DNA of 64,000 bases from Burkholderiales bacterium. Its GTDB lineage: Bacteria; Pseudomonadota; Gammaproteobacteria; Burkholderiales; Thiobacteraceae. The DNA lies in contig JADMJT010000006.1 in assembly GCA_018781585.1 (NCBI GenBank), positions 11,116 through 75,115 on the forward strand, given 5' to 3'. The notes beneath the pieces are model-generated. The model ran no database searches and was not told the origin of the DNA. It saw only the letters and a program-made list of their open reading frames with translations. Of this stretch, positions 11,509-21,800 are shown in pieces (the first letter of the stretch is position 1; each line of letters starts with the position of its first letter). A program made the position numbers and the translations under genes.

Positions 11509-12822
11509 ATGAGAACCATTGACACACTCATCAACGCACGTTGGATACTTCCGATTGAGCCGCCGGGCATCGTGTTGGAGCATCACAGCATTGCGATCGA
11601 CGCCGGACGTATCGTCGCGCTCTTGCCCACGGCAGACGCCACCGTCGACTTCGCCGCGCGTGAGCATATCGAACTCAATCAGCATGTGCTGATGCCTGGC
11701 CTGATCAATCTGCATACACACGCTGCCATGACGCTGATGCGCGGCCTGGCCGACGATCTGCCGCTGATGACGTGGCTCAAAGATCACATCTGGCCGGCGG
11801 AAGGCCATCACCTTGCGCCCTCATTCGTGAAAGACGGCACGCAACTGGCCTGCGCCGAAATGTTGCGCGGCGGTGTAACCTGCTTCAACGATATGTATTT
11901 TTTTCCCGAAGCCACGGCACAAGCGGTGGACCAAGCGGGTATGCGCGCCATGATCGGCATGATCGCAATCGAATTTCCCACCCCCTATGCCGCCGATGCC
12001 GATGACTATCTGCGCAAGGGCTTGGAAGTGCGCGACGCCTATCGCGACCATGCGCGCATTGCCTTCAGCATGGCGCCGCACGCGCCCTATACGGTGAGCG
12101 ATAAAACCTTCGAGAAAATCCTCACGCTCGCCGAGCAGTTGGAAGCGCCCATTCATATCCATATGCATGAGACACAAGACGAGATCGATCAGAGCCTGAA
12201 CGACCATCAGCTACGCCCCTTGGCACGGCTGCAAAAGCTCGGCTTATTGAGCCCGAGTGTCATCGCCACACACATGGTGCATTTGACCCAGGACGAAATC
12301 GCGCTGTGCGCCGAGCGCGGCGTCAATATTGCGCACTGCCCCGTTTCCAATCTCAAACTCGCCAGCGGCATCGCGCCAATCGCCCAACTCATCGCCAGGG
12401 GTGTCAATATCGGTCTCGGTACCGACGGCGCGGCCAGTAATAATCGTTTGGATTTGCTGAGCGAAATGCGCATTGCAGCCCTGCTCGCCAAAGGCGCCAG
12501 CGGTGACGCCACCGCCCTCCCCGCGCATCAAGCGCTGGCCATGGCCACCCTCAATAGCGCGAAAGCTCTGGGGCTGGAGCAGGAAATCGGCTCACTTAAG
12601 CCGGGCAAAGCGGCGGACATCGTGGCCATAGAATTAGCCACACTAGAAACCGCTCCCCTCTATGACGTCGCCTCGCATTTGGTATACGTAGCGGGGCGAG
12701 AGCAAGTCACCGATGTGTGGGTAAGCGGCAAACGACTCTTGAGCAGCCGCACGCTTACCACACTCGATGCGCATGAACTCGCCGCCAAGGCGGCGCATTG
12801 GCAAGGCGTGCTAAAAAGCTAG
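11509..12822 (+). CDS. mtaD: TRZ/ATZ-family amidohydrolase (MTA/SAH deaminase-like)
   Basis: PGLINLHTH metal motif, HMHET, GTDGAASNN; ompA-mtaD-ubiG synteny. Confidence 0.8.
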   Translation: MRTIDTLINARWILPIEPPGIVLEHHSIAIDAGRIVALLPTADATVDFAAREHIELNQHVLMPGLINLHTHAAMTLMRGLADDLPLMTWLKDHIWPAEGHHLAPSFVKDGTQLACAEMLRGGVTCFNDMYFFPEATAQAVDQAGMRAMIGMIAIEFPTPYAADADDYLRKGLEVRDAYRDHARIAFSMAPHAPYTVSDKTFEKILTLAEQLEAPIHIHMHETQDEIDQSLNDHQLRPLARLQKLGLLSPSVIATHMVHLTQDEIALCAERGVNIAHCPVSNLKLASGIAPIAQLIARGVNIGLGTDGAASNNRLDLLSEMRIAALLAKGASGDATALPAHQALAMATLNSAKALGLEQEIGSLKPGKAADIVAIELATLETAPLYDVASHLVYVAGREQVTDVWVSGKRLLSSRTLTTLDAHELAAKAAHWQGVLKS

Positions 12823-12834
12823 TATCATCTCGCC

Positions 12835-13530
12835 ATGAACGTTGACGAACTCGAACTACAAAAATTCTCCGCACTCGCGCATCGCTGGTGGGACCCGAAT
12901 AGCGAATTCAAGCCGCTGCACGACATCAACCCGCTGCGGTTGAATTACATCGACGGGCTCGCGCACATCGCCGGAAAAAAGGTCCTCGATGTCGGCTGCG
13001 GCGGCGGCATCCTATCCGAGAGCATGGCCGCGCGCGGCGCCGAGGTGACCGGCATTGATCTCGGCGACAAGCCGCTCAAGGTCGCCAAACTACACTTGCT
13101 CGAAACCGGACAAAAAGTGGATTACCGCTTGATCGCGGTCGAAGATTTGGCCGCGGAGCAACCCGGTCAATTCGATGTCGTCACCTGTATGGAAATGCTC
13201 GAACATGTGCCCGACCCGGCTAGCATCGTCCGCGCCTGCGCGCAGCTTGCCAAACCCGGCGGTCAGGTTTTTTTCTCCACGCTTAACCGCAATCCCAAGT
13301 CATATTTATTCGCGGTGATCGGCGCAGAGTATCTGCTCAATCTACTGCCACGCGGCACGCACGACTACGCTCGATTCATCAAACCCTCCGAACTCGCGCG
13401 CTTTGCCCGCGCTGCCGGATTAAACGTGAGCGAAGTCATCGGCATGAGTTACCAGCCGTTCAGCAAAACCTACTCGCTCGGCCCCGACGCCTCGGTTAAT
13501 TACCTCATCGCTGCCCGCAAAGATGGCTGA
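12835..13530 (+). CDS. ubiG: Ubiquinone biosynthesis O-methyltransferase
   Basis: [36 protein letters not shown]. Confidence 0.95.
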   Translation: MNVDELELQKFSALAHRWWDPNSEFKPLHDINPLRLNYIDGLAHIAGKKVLDVGCGGGILSESMAARGAEVTGIDLGDKPLKVAKLHLLETGQKVDYRLIAVEDLAAEQPGQFDVVTCMEMLEHVPDPASIVRACAQLAKPGGQVFFSTLNRNPKSYLFAVIGAEYLLNLLPRGTHDYARFIKPSELARFARAAGLNVSEVIGMSYQPFSKTYSLGPDASVNYLIAARKDG

Positions 13531-14179
13531 ACCGATTGGAGCGGTGCTGTTCGATCTGGATGGCACGCTGGCCGACACCGCGCTGGATTTAGCCTACGCG
13601 CTAAATGAACAACGGCGGCGTCACGGCTTAGTCCCCTTGCCGCATGAAACGATCCGCCCACAAGTCTCGCATGGCACACAGGGCTTACTCAAAGTCGGCT
13701 TTGAAGTCACATCGAAGTCGCCAAACTTTGCCACGTTGCGCGCCGAATATCTGGAACTTTATACCCAGCATATCTGCGATCGCACCGTGCTCTTTCCCGG
13801 TATATCCGAGCTACTGCAGGCGCTGGAAGCACGCAAACTGCGCTGGGGGGTCGTCACCAACAAACCGGCGCGCTTTACCCTGCCCTTACTCAAAGCCTTG
13901 AACCTGGAACACCGCGCCGCTTGCATCATCAGCGGCGACTCCACGCCCAATTCCAAACCGCATCCCGAGCCGCTGCTCACCGCCGCCGCGCAAGTGCGTG
14001 TCGCGCCTGCTGCTTGCCTCTATGTCGGCGATGCCGAGCGCGATGTGGAATCGGCGGTCGCCGCCGGCATGAAAGCCCTGATTGCCAACTATGGCTATCT
14101 CGACGTGCAGGATCAGCCCGACACCTGGGGCGCGTATGCGCGCATCGACACGCCGGCCGATATCCTCGGCTTTTTGTAA
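13523..14179 (+). CDS. gph: HAD phosphatase (phosphoglycolate phosphatase / MupP-like)
   Basis: FDLDGTL, KPHP and YVGD motifs; follows ubiG. Confidence 0.8.
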   Translation: MAEPIGAVLFDLDGTLADTALDLAYALNEQRRRHGLVPLPHETIRPQVSHGTQGLLKVGFEVTSKSPNFATLRAEYLELYTQHICDRTVLFPGISELLQALEARKLRWGVVTNKPARFTLPLLKALNLEHRAACIISGDSTPNSKPHPEPLLTAAAQVRVAPAACLYVGDAERDVESAVAAGMKALIANYGYLDVQDQPDTWGAYARIDTPADILGFL

Positions 14180-14183
14180 TCCG

Positions 14184-15329
14184 CTAAGGCAACACCGACG
14201 GCATTTGCTTCGTCAGTTCGCTGCGCAGCCCCGGCGCTTGGCCGCATAAAACAAAGCCCTGCAAATTACCCTGCTCGTTCTTAAAGCGCGCCACCAGGCA
14301 TGCCGCTTCCATCTCCATACTCCATTGGCCGGGCTGGTTCGGCGCCGGTGGCGCGACGGTCAAGGGCAGTACGGGCGTTTTTACCACCACCGGCATGGCC
14401 GGGTAACACACAGGCGTGGGCGTGCCGGCCAGCGTCGCCGCCAAGGCGCGCGCCTGCTGTAACAGCGGCTGCACATAGGGCAGCACCCAGCCTTCCACTT
14501 CCGCGCAATCGCCCATGGCGTAAATGCCGGACACGCTCGTTTGCAACATACGATCGACAACGATGCCGCGCCCAGCAGCCACACCTGCTGCCTGCGCCAA
14601 CGCCAAGCGTGGACGCAAACCGATCGCCGATAGCACGACATCCGCTGTCAGCACGGAACCGTCATCCAGCGTCAGCGTGATGCCGTTGCCCGCCGTTTCT
14701 GCGCTGACGGCACGGCGACCGAAATGCCACGCCACCCCAGCCGCTGCCAATGATTCACTGAGGCGTTGTGCAATCGGCGCGGGCAAGATGCGCTCCAAAG
14801 GAGATGCACCGAGGTGCACCACTGCCGCTTCATAACCCGCTGCCGCCAGATCGTTGGCGAACTCACAGCCGATCAAACCGCCGCCAAGAATTGCCACGCT
14901 TTTCTTACCAGCCAGCGCTGTCCGAAACCGCGTGTAATCGCCGAGATCATTCACGCTTAAAATTTTCCCGGCAGCCGGGCCCGCTACGCCGTGCGCGATC
15001 GGGTCCGCCCCCAGCGCCAGCACCAGATGGCTATAGGGCACGCTGCCCTGATCCGTCTCGATCTGCTGCGCAGCGGTATCAATACGAATCACGCGAGTGT
15101 GAGTCAGCACTTCAGCATTCATACTGGCGCTAATTTGCGCCGCAGTCTGATTCGCTAATTGTTCGGGTGCCTTGCCCGTGGCCAGCGCATTGGAGAGACT
15201 CGGCTTGGCATAGGCCGCCCCCTCATCGGCGGTAATGACCGTGACCGGTGTCTCACGATCCAGCTTGCGCAACTCCCGCAACAAGCCGTAGCCGGCCATG
15301 CCCGAACCGATAATGACGATGGGTTCCAT
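14184..15329 (-). CDS. Rubredoxin-NAD(+) reductase
   Basis: GSGMAG and GGGLIGCE FAD/NAD motifs, GDCAE, VVVKTP; adjacent to rubredoxin. Confidence 0.88.
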   Translation of the reverse strand: MEPIVIIGSGMAGYGLLRELRKLDRETPVTVITADEGAAYAKPSLSNALATGKAPEQLANQTAAQISASMNAEVLTHTRVIRIDTAAQQIETDQGSVPYSHLVLALGADPIAHGVAGPAAGKILSVNDLGDYTRFRTALAGKKSVAILGGGLIGCEFANDLAAAGYEAAVVHLGASPLERILPAPIAQRLSESLAAAGVAWHFGRRAVSAETAGNGITLTLDDGSVLTADVVLSAIGLRPRLALAQAAGVAAGRGIVVDRMLQTSVSGIYAMGDCAEVEGWVLPYVQPLLQQARALAATLAGTPTPVCYPAMPVVVKTPVLPLTVAPPAPNQPGQWSMEMEAACLVARFKNEQGNLQGFVLCGQAPGLRSELTKQMPSVLP

Positions 15330-15344
15330 ACTGGTTTCCTTTTG

Positions 15345-15521
15345 TTACGCTGCGATCTGAATCATTTCGAAATCGGCTTTGGCTACGCCGCAGTCGGGGC
15401 AGGCCCAGTCCACCGGAATATCTTCCCAGCGCGTGCCGGCCGGGATGCCGTCTTCCGGCAAGCCCACCGCTTCGTCGTAAATAAAGCCACACACCACACA
15501 TTCCCATTTAGCTGCATTCAT
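15345..15521 (-). CDS. Rubredoxin (58 aa, not in the ORF track)
   Basis: Manual translation [58 protein letters not shown]; two CxxCG motifs. Confidence 0.95.
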   Translation of the reverse strand: MNAAKWECVVCGFIYDEAVGLPEDGIPAGTRWEDIPVDWACPDCGVAKADFEMIQIAA

Positions 15522-15565
15522 GATATTTCCTTTCGATTAAAGTTACTCGCTTAGCGAGTCTAAGT

Positions 15566-15604
15566 CCCTCTCTCCCGCTTGCGGGAGAGAGTTAGGAGAG
15601 AGGG
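15566..15604. repeat. CCCTCTCCC...GGGAGAG-type extragenic palindromic element
   Basis: ctctctcccgc-tt-gcgggagagag hairpin plus ggagagaggg tail between rubrerythrin and rubredoxin. Confidence 0.6.
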
Positions 15605-15616
15605 CAACAACCATCA

Positions 15617-16111
15617 TTAAGCTGCTGCTTTCTCTTTATGCGGCCCCGCTACTTGTGCGGCACGTGCGCGGTAGTGATTCGCATGGCGCTCTTCCACCTT
15701 GGCCAACGCGGCGAAGCGCTTTTCGGCCTTGGCGAGGATGGCGCGGAACTGCTCGGCATGCGCTTGCGACTCGGCGATTTGCTCATCGAATTCCGCCACC
15801 GCCGCTTGCTGACCCTCCACTTCGGCTTCATGCCGAAACGTCGGGTACATTTCTGTGTATTCATGCGTCTCGCCGGCAATCGCATATTCCAAACATTTCG
15901 CCGGACTCATGCCGGCACGGGGGAAGAGCAAGTCGGCGTGACCGAGCGCGTGCTGTACTTCCTGCGCTGCCGTGTCTTCGAAAATACGCGCCGATTCCTC
16001 ATCGCCCGCCGCACGGCAAACCTTGGCAAAGTGCAGGTATTTGATATGCGCCATGGATTCGCCGGCAAACGCGGCTTCCAAATTTTGGATAGTGATAGAA
16101 GCTTGTTTCAT
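15617..16111 (-). CDS. Rubrerythrin-family di-iron protein (short form without rubredoxin domain)
   Basis: NLEAAFAGESMA, QEVQH, GETHEYTEMYP and ESQAH di-iron motifs. Confidence 0.9.
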   Translation of the reverse strand: MKQASITIQNLEAAFAGESMAHIKYLHFAKVCRAAGDEESARIFEDTAAQEVQHALGHADLLFPRAGMSPAKCLEYAIAGETHEYTEMYPTFRHEAEVEGQQAAVAEFDEQIAESQAHAEQFRAILAKAEKRFAALAKVEERHANHYRARAAQVAGPHKEKAAA

Positions 16112-16167
16112 GTCGATCTCCTGTTTGGGTTACGTCCGTTATGTAGACACCCCGCATTCTGGGCAAA

Positions 16168-16225
16168 CCCTATCAATCTATCCAATGGATTAATTTTGTA
16201 ATATTGATCGATATATTCGATTAAT
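16168..16225. promoter_or_regulatory. Putative OxyR/LysR operator in the divergent intergenic region
   Basis: ATCG-N7-CGAT (16207-16221, T-N11-A box) and tandem CTAT elements in an AT-rich spacer. Confidence 0.5.
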
Positions 16226-16233
16226 ATAAGCCC

Positions 16234-17175
16234 ATGGCTGCCCTACCCTCTCTGCGCCAACTGAGCTACCTGGTCGCTCTGGCCGAACGCCTGAATTTCA
16301 CTCAGGCGGCACAGGACTGCTTCGTCACGCAATCGACCCTCTCCGCTGGCATCATGGAACTGGAATCGATTCTGAATGCGCGCTTGGTAGAACGCGAACG
16401 GCACCGCGTTTTCATGACGCCGCTAGGCCTGGAGATTACAGAACGGGCGCGCGGGTTGCTGGCGGCGGCAGAAGACTTGGCGCAAACCGCAGCGCGTGCC
16501 GCCGACCCGCTCGCGGGTATGGTGCGGCTGGGCGTGATTCCCACCATCGCGCCTTTTCTACTACCCATGGTGCTGCCGGAAATGCGCAGTCGTTATCCCG
16601 GGCTGCAATTTGCGCTGCGCGAAGACCTCACTGCCAATCTACTGGCTCGGCTCGACAGCGGCCAACTCGATTTCGCCTTGATCGCCCTCCCTTATGAATT
16701 GGGCAATCTCATGACGCGCACACTGTTTAGCGAAGAGCTGTGGCTGGTCACGCCGCCCGGCAAAAAAAATCCGCGGCGCGTGAATGTCTCCGCCATCAAT
16801 CCGGAACAATTACTGCTGTTGGAAGAAGGCCATTGCCTGCGCGGCCATATTCTGAGCGGTTGCGGGCTCAATGCGCGCCCGCACGGCCTGGAAGCAACTA
16901 GCCTCTACACCTTGGTGCAAATGATTGAGGAAGGCATGGGCGTGGGATTATTGCCGGAGATGACCCTGCGCGCCGGTTTGCTAAAAAATAGTCCGCTCAT
17001 CGCACAACCTTTTGCCGCACCCGCCCCCACGCGCAGCATCGCATTAGTGGCGCGCGCCTCGACTGCGCGCCGTGACGCATTCGACCGATTAAGCGAAGTA
17101 ATCATCGCGCAACATAGCCGAAGTCTGGCGGCCAAGCTGCCTTCTGTATCGCGGCGAGGACGTCCTGCCACCTAG
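16234..17175 (+). CDS. oxyR: OxyR-like H2O2-sensing LysR regulator
   Basis: LysR HTH; EEGHCLRGHILSGC keeps the two cysteines nine residues apart as in OxyR; divergent from rubrerythrin. Confidence 0.75.
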   Translation: MAALPSLRQLSYLVALAERLNFTQAAQDCFVTQSTLSAGIMELESILNARLVERERHRVFMTPLGLEITERARGLLAAAEDLAQTAARAADPLAGMVRLGVIPTIAPFLLPMVLPEMRSRYPGLQFALREDLTANLLARLDSGQLDFALIALPYELGNLMTRTLFSEELWLVTPPGKKNPRRVNVSAINPEQLLLLEEGHCLRGHILSGCGLNARPHGLEATSLYTLVQMIEEGMGVGLLPEMTLRAGLLKNSPLIAQPFAAPAPTRSIALVARASTARRDAFDRLSEVIIAQHSRSLAAKLPSVSRRGRPAT

Positions 17176-17256
17176 CCCATTCACGCTACCCCCCTCTACA
17201 TGCGCCAGAACCGCCTATAATAATTTTTAGCCCTATCGCCTTAGAGGAGACTCAAA

Positions 17257-17712
17257 GTGATTGCTATATCCGTCAATGGCAAGAAGTTTCAAGTCGATGT
17301 CGAACCCGACACACCCGTCCTGTGGGTGCTGCGCGATCAACTCGGCTTCACCGGCACTAAATATGGCTGCGGCGTCGCACAATGCGGCGCCTGCACGGTG
17401 CATCTCAACGGCAATCCGATCCGCGCCTGCGTCACACCGGTGTCGGCCGTAGCCGGACAAAAGATCACCACCATCGAAGGCCTCAGCTCCAAGGTCGGCC
17501 GCGCCGTGCAAACCGCCTGGGAAAAACTCGAAGTCGTGCAATGTGGTTACTGTCAGTCGGGACAGATCATGTCTGCCGTCGCCCTGCTCAGCACCAACAA
17601 GAAACCCAGCGACGAAGATATCGACAGCGCAATGGCGGGCAATCTGTGTCGCTGCGCCACCTATCAACGCATCCGCGCCGCGATTCACGAAGCGGCCAAG
17701 TCGTTAAAGTGA
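17257..17712 (+). CDS. iorA: Isoquinoline 1-oxidoreductase-like [2Fe-2S] subunit
   Basis: [29 protein letters not shown]. Confidence 0.85.
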   Translation: MIAISVNGKKFQVDVEPDTPVLWVLRDQLGFTGTKYGCGVAQCGACTVHLNGNPIRACVTPVSAVAGQKITTIEGLSSKVGRAVQTAWEKLEVVQCGYCQSGQIMSAVALLSTNKKPSDEDIDSAMAGNLCRCATYQRIRAAIHEAAKSLK

Positions 17713-17722
17713 GGAGGCGAAC

Positions 17723-19936
17723 ATGAGCGAAATCAAAATCGTCAATGAAAGCCGCCGCCGCTTTCTTCAGGCCGGCGCCGGGCTCACCCTTGCCATCTAT
17801 CTGCCTGGCGGCTATGCCGCACCGGTCGAGGCCACGCCGGGAAAAGCCGGCTCCGCAGCGCCCGCCACCGTCATCGAATTCGAACCCAATGCCTTTGTGC
17901 GGATCGGCGAAGACAATACCGTCACGGTGATCGCCAAACATCTGGAGATGGGGCAAGGCACCTACACCGGTCTCGCCACCCTGGTGGCAGAGGAACTCGA
18001 TGCCGCCTGGCCGCAAATCAAGGTAGAAGGCGCACCGGCCAATGCCAGGCGCTACAACAACCTGCTGTGGGGGCCCATGCAAGGCACCGGCGGCAGCACG
18101 GCCATGGCCAACTCATTCGAGCAGATGCGCCGGGCAGGCGCCGCAGCGCGCTTCATGCTGGTCGCGGCGGCGGCTGCAGAATGGAGCGTGCCGGCAAAAG
18201 AAATCACGGTTAAAAACGGCATCGTCAGCCACGCTGCCTCCAATCGAAAAGCCAGCTTTGGCGAACTCAGCGCCAAGGCCGCGATGCAAGCGGCCCCCCA
18301 ACCAGAAGACATTACGCTCAAGGAACCCAAAGATTTTGTCTACATCGGCAAACAATCGCCGCGCCAAGACAGCAAACCCAAGATCAACGGCAGTGCCCAA
18401 TTCACCAGCGACGTGAAGCTGCCGGGCATGCTCACCGCCCTCGTCGCCCGCGCACCGCGCTTCGGCGCCACCGTAAAATCCTTCGACGCTTCGGGGGCGA
18501 AGGCGATTGTTGGCGTGCACGACGTGGTTGCGATTCCGAATGGGGTTGCCGTACTGGCGAAAGATTTCTGGACCGCCAAGCAGGGCCGCGACGCGCTCAA
18601 AATCGAGTGGGATGAGAGCAAGGCGTTCAAGCTCAACAGCAGCGACATGCTCGCGCACTACAAGACCCTGGCGCGCTCCCCCGGCGCCGTCGCCCGCAAG
18701 GCGGGGGATGCCGAAAAAACCCTGGGCCGCGCCGCCAAGCGCCTGGAAGCAGCGTTCGAGTTTCCTTATCTGGCCCACGCCGCGATGGAGCCAATGGATT
18801 GCGTGGTCAAGCTCACGGGCGATCAGTGCGAAATCTGGAACGGCGAACAATCACAGACCAGTGACCAAATGAATGTCGGCAAACTGCTCGGCATCCCACC
18901 CGAGAACGTGAAAATCAACATGCTCTACGCGGGCGGCAGTTTCGGCCGCCGCGCCAACCCGCATTCCGACTATGTGTTGGAAGCGGTGCAAATCGCCAAG
19001 GCCATCAAGGGCCGCGTGCCGGTGAAAATGATCTGGACGCGCGAGGACGACCTGCGCGCCGGGCAATATCGGCCGATGTTCTACCACACGCTGCGCGCGG
19101 GGCTGGATGCGAGCGGCAATCTGGTCGCCTGGCAGCACCGTCTGGTGGGCCAGTCCATCATCGCCGGTACCGCTTTCGAAGGCGGCATGATGAAAGACGG
19201 CATCGATATCACCTCGGTCGAGGGCGCCGCCAACCTGCCTTATGCTGTTCCCAACCTGCTGGTGGATCTGCACACGCCGAAGTATCCGGTGCCGGTGCAG
19301 TGGTGGCGCTCGGTCGGCTCCACGCACACAGCCTTTTCCACCGAAGTGTTCATTGACGAAGTCGCCCACGCCGCGGGCAAAGATCCGCTCGAGTTGCGCC
19401 GCAGCTTGCTCAAGAAACACCCGCGCCACTTGGCGGTGCTGGAGCTGGCAGCGAACAAAGCCGGCTGGGGTAAACCGCTCGCGGCCAAGGACGGTGTGCG
19501 GCGCGGGCGCGGCATCGCAGTACATGAATCCTTCGGGACAGTAGTCGCGCAAATCGCCGAAGTCAGCGTAAAAGCAGACGGCAGCTTCAAGGTTGACCGG
19601 GTAGTGTGCACCGTCGATTGCGGCATCGCCATCAACCCGAGCATCGTCCGCGCCCAGATGGAAGGCGGCATCGGCTTCGGCCTCTCTGCCGCACTCTACA
19701 GCGCCGTCACGCTGAAAGAAGGCCAAGTGGAGCAATCCAATTTCCACGACTACCCGCTACTGCGCATGAGCGAAATGCCGCAGGTTGAAGTGCACATCAT
19801 TCCCTCCAGCGCCAATCCCAGCGGCGTAGGTGAGCCGGGCGTGCCGCCGATTGCACCGGCCGTGGCCAATGCCCTATTCGCCGCCACTGGCAAGCGCCTG
19901 CGCAATCTGCCGCTGCAAGCAAAAGATTTGGTTTAA
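17723..19936 (+). CDS. iorB: Isoquinoline/aldehyde oxidoreductase molybdopterin subunit, Tat-exported
   Basis: SRRRFL twin-arginine signal; [23 protein letters not shown]. Confidence 0.85.
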   Translation: MSEIKIVNESRRRFLQAGAGLTLAIYLPGGYAAPVEATPGKAGSAAPATVIEFEPNAFVRIGEDNTVTVIAKHLEMGQGTYTGLATLVAEELDAAWPQIKVEGAPANARRYNNLLWGPMQGTGGSTAMANSFEQMRRAGAAARFMLVAAAAAEWSVPAKEITVKNGIVSHAASNRKASFGELSAKAAMQAAPQPEDITLKEPKDFVYIGKQSPRQDSKPKINGSAQFTSDVKLPGMLTALVARAPRFGATVKSFDASGAKAIVGVHDVVAIPNGVAVLAKDFWTAKQGRDALKIEWDESKAFKLNSSDMLAHYKTLARSPGAVARKAGDAEKTLGRAAKRLEAAFEFPYLAHAAMEPMDCVVKLTGDQCEIWNGEQSQTSDQMNVGKLLGIPPENVKINMLYAGGSFGRRANPHSDYVLEAVQIAKAIKGRVPVKMIWTREDDLRAGQYRPMFYHTLRAGLDASGNLVAWQHRLVGQSIIAGTAFEGGMMKDGIDITSVEGAANLPYAVPNLLVDLHTPKYPVPVQWWRSVGSTHTAFSTEVFIDEVAHAAGKDPLELRRSLLKKHPRHLAVLELAANKAGWGKPLAAKDGVRRGRGIAVHESFGTVVAQIAEVSVKADGSFKVDRVVCTVDCGIAINPSIVRAQMEGGIGFGLSAALYSAVTLKEGQVEQSNFHDYPLLRMSEMPQVEVHIIPSSANPSGVGEPGVPPIAPAVANALFAATGKRLRNLPLQAKDLV

Positions 19937-19983
19937 TCGGCGTTTGGAAAATACACGATCAGCACGTGTAATGCTCGTGTTGG

Positions 19984-20037
19984 TTGCCGGCAGGATGCCG
20001 GCGCTACATATCCGTAGCGTCGGCTTCCAGCCGGCAA
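19984..20037. repeat. Inverted doublet of GTAG-type REP-like palindromes
   Basis: gccggcaggatgccggcgctac (reverse copy) and gtagcgtcggcttccagccggc (forward copy), forming a long hairpin. Confidence 0.6.
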
Positions 20038-20093
20038 ATCGACCCAGTACCCAGCAGGTACAATCTCGCCTAATGATGAACATTTAATAGACT

Positions 20094-21080
20094 ATGCCTA
20101 GCGCCGAAATCGAAGTCCTAAGCACCCTACGCTTCTGGCAAGCGCAAGGCCAATCCGCCGCGCTCGCCACCGTCGTGCGCACTTATGGTTCCAGCCCGCG
20201 CCCGGCAGGGTCGCTGGTGGCGATTCGCGCCGATGGTGCGGTGATCGGCTCCGTTTCCGGCGGCTGCATCGAGCAGGATTTGATCGAGCGCGTGCGTATG
20301 GCAATACCCGCATTGCCGCAACGCCTGGTTTATGGCGGCGCGGCGGAAGAAAATCGGCGCTGGAGCATGCCCTGCGGCGGTCAGATGGAGTTAGTGCTCG
20401 AATCCGCGCCCAGCGCCGCGATACTCGATCAACTCCTCGCTGCATTGCATGCGCGGCAACCCATCGCGCGCCGGCTCGATCTGGCGAGCGGCGTATCCAC
20501 CTTGTTTACGCCCAGCGCCACCACCCGCTTAATCTGCGACGAGCAACAACTCATCATCCCCCACGGCCCGCAACTGCGCCTACTCATCATCGGTGCGGTG
20601 CAAACCGCGCGCTATCTGGCCGAAATGGCTGCGGCGCTCGATTACACCGTCTTGGTTTGCGATCCGCGCGAAGAATATCGCCTCACCTGGAATGTGCCGG
20701 GCAGCGAACTACTCGACGGCATGCCGGACGATGCCATCACGGCTATGCAGCCCGATGCTTATACCGCTATCGTGGCGCTGACCCACGACCCCAAGCTCGA
20801 CGACATGGCGCTGATGGAAGCACTGCGCTCGCCCGCCTTCTACGTTGGCGCGCTCGGATCAAAGCGCAACAACACCAAGCGGCGCGAACGCTTGGCCTTG
20901 CTCGATCTGGCAGCGGATGACATCGCACGCTTGCGCGGGCCGGTAGGCTTGCCGATCGGCTCGCGCACCCCGCCCGAAATCGCCGTAGCCATCCTGGCCG
21001 ATCTGATCGCCGTGCGCAACGGCATCGAATTGATTGCGGCAAGCGCGCCCACGCTCCAGCCGCAATACGCCACCGCGTGA
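20094..21080 (+). CDS. xdhC: XdhC/CoxI-family molybdenum cofactor insertion chaperone
   Basis: GSSPRPAG, GSVSGGCIE, CGG, YVGALGS, GSRTPPEIA. Confidence 0.9.
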   Translation: MPSAEIEVLSTLRFWQAQGQSAALATVVRTYGSSPRPAGSLVAIRADGAVIGSVSGGCIEQDLIERVRMAIPALPQRLVYGGAAEENRRWSMPCGGQMELVLESAPSAAILDQLLAALHARQPIARRLDLASGVSTLFTPSATTRLICDEQQLIIPHGPQLRLLIIGAVQTARYLAEMAAALDYTVLVCDPREEYRLTWNVPGSELLDGMPDDAITAMQPDAYTAIVALTHDPKLDDMALMEALRSPAFYVGALGSKRNNTKRRERLALLDLAADDIARLRGPVGLPIGSRTPPEIAVAILADLIAVRNGIELIAASAPTLQPQYATA

Positions 21081-21637
21081 TCGCCGGCATCCTGCTCGCC
21101 GCCGGAAGCAGCACCCGCTTCGGCTCCCACAAGCTCTTGCACCTGCTGCCCGACGGCACGCCCATGGCTGTGGCCGCGCTGCGCAATCTGGCGCAAGGCG
21201 TGGATGAGGTCATCGCAATCGTGCGCCCCGGCGATGCCGAATTGATGCAGCTACTAGCGCGAGAAAATGTTCGGGTACTGCCTTGCGCCAACGCAGAGCA
21301 AGGCATGGGCGCCAGCCTCGCCTGCGGCGTTTGCGCAGCACCCGATGCTGAGGGCTGGATTATCGCCTTGGCGGATATGCCCTTCGTGCCGGGGGAGATC
21401 GTCTCCACCCTCGCCACCCGGCTCAAAGCAGGCGACGCCATCGTGGCACCGGCATACCTTGGCCAGCGCGGCCATCCGGTGGGCTTTAGCCGCGCGTTTT
21501 ATCCAGCGCTCGCCGCACTCAGCGGTGACCGTGGCGCGCGGCATTTACTCGACCTGCATGTAGAGCAACTGCACTTAATTGCTGCAAATGAGCCCGGCAT
21601 CTTGCACGACATAGATACGCCAGAGGATTTGTCTTAG
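21077..21637 (+). CDS. mocA: Molybdenum cofactor cytidylyltransferase
   Basis: LAAGSSTRFG, LADMP, GHPVGF, GDRGAR, DIDTPEDL. Confidence 0.85.
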   Translation: MIAGILLAAGSSTRFGSHKLLHLLPDGTPMAVAALRNLAQGVDEVIAIVRPGDAELMQLLARENVRVLPCANAEQGMGASLACGVCAAPDAEGWIIALADMPFVPGEIVSTLATRLKAGDAIVAPAYLGQRGHPVGFSRAFYPALAALSGDRGARHLLDLHVEQLHLIAANEPGILHDIDTPEDLS

Positions 21638-21647
21638 GAATTTGACT

Positions 21648-21790
21648 ACACCCATACTAGGCAACTGTAGCGCCGATTTCCATCAGAAAAAACAGTGCAT
21701 AACCAATAAGTTATGCTTTTCCGTTGCAGAAATGGGTGTAAATGGATAGCTATTTAGCTAACCCACACAAATGGGTGTAATTGGGTGTAA
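21648..21790. promoter_or_regulatory. Repeated TGGGTGTA motif upstream of the Fic gene (putative operator)
   Basis: Three direct copies at ~21733, 21772 and 21782, and one inverted copy TACACCCA at 21648. Confidence 0.5.
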
Positions 21791-21800
21791 CATTGGTTAC

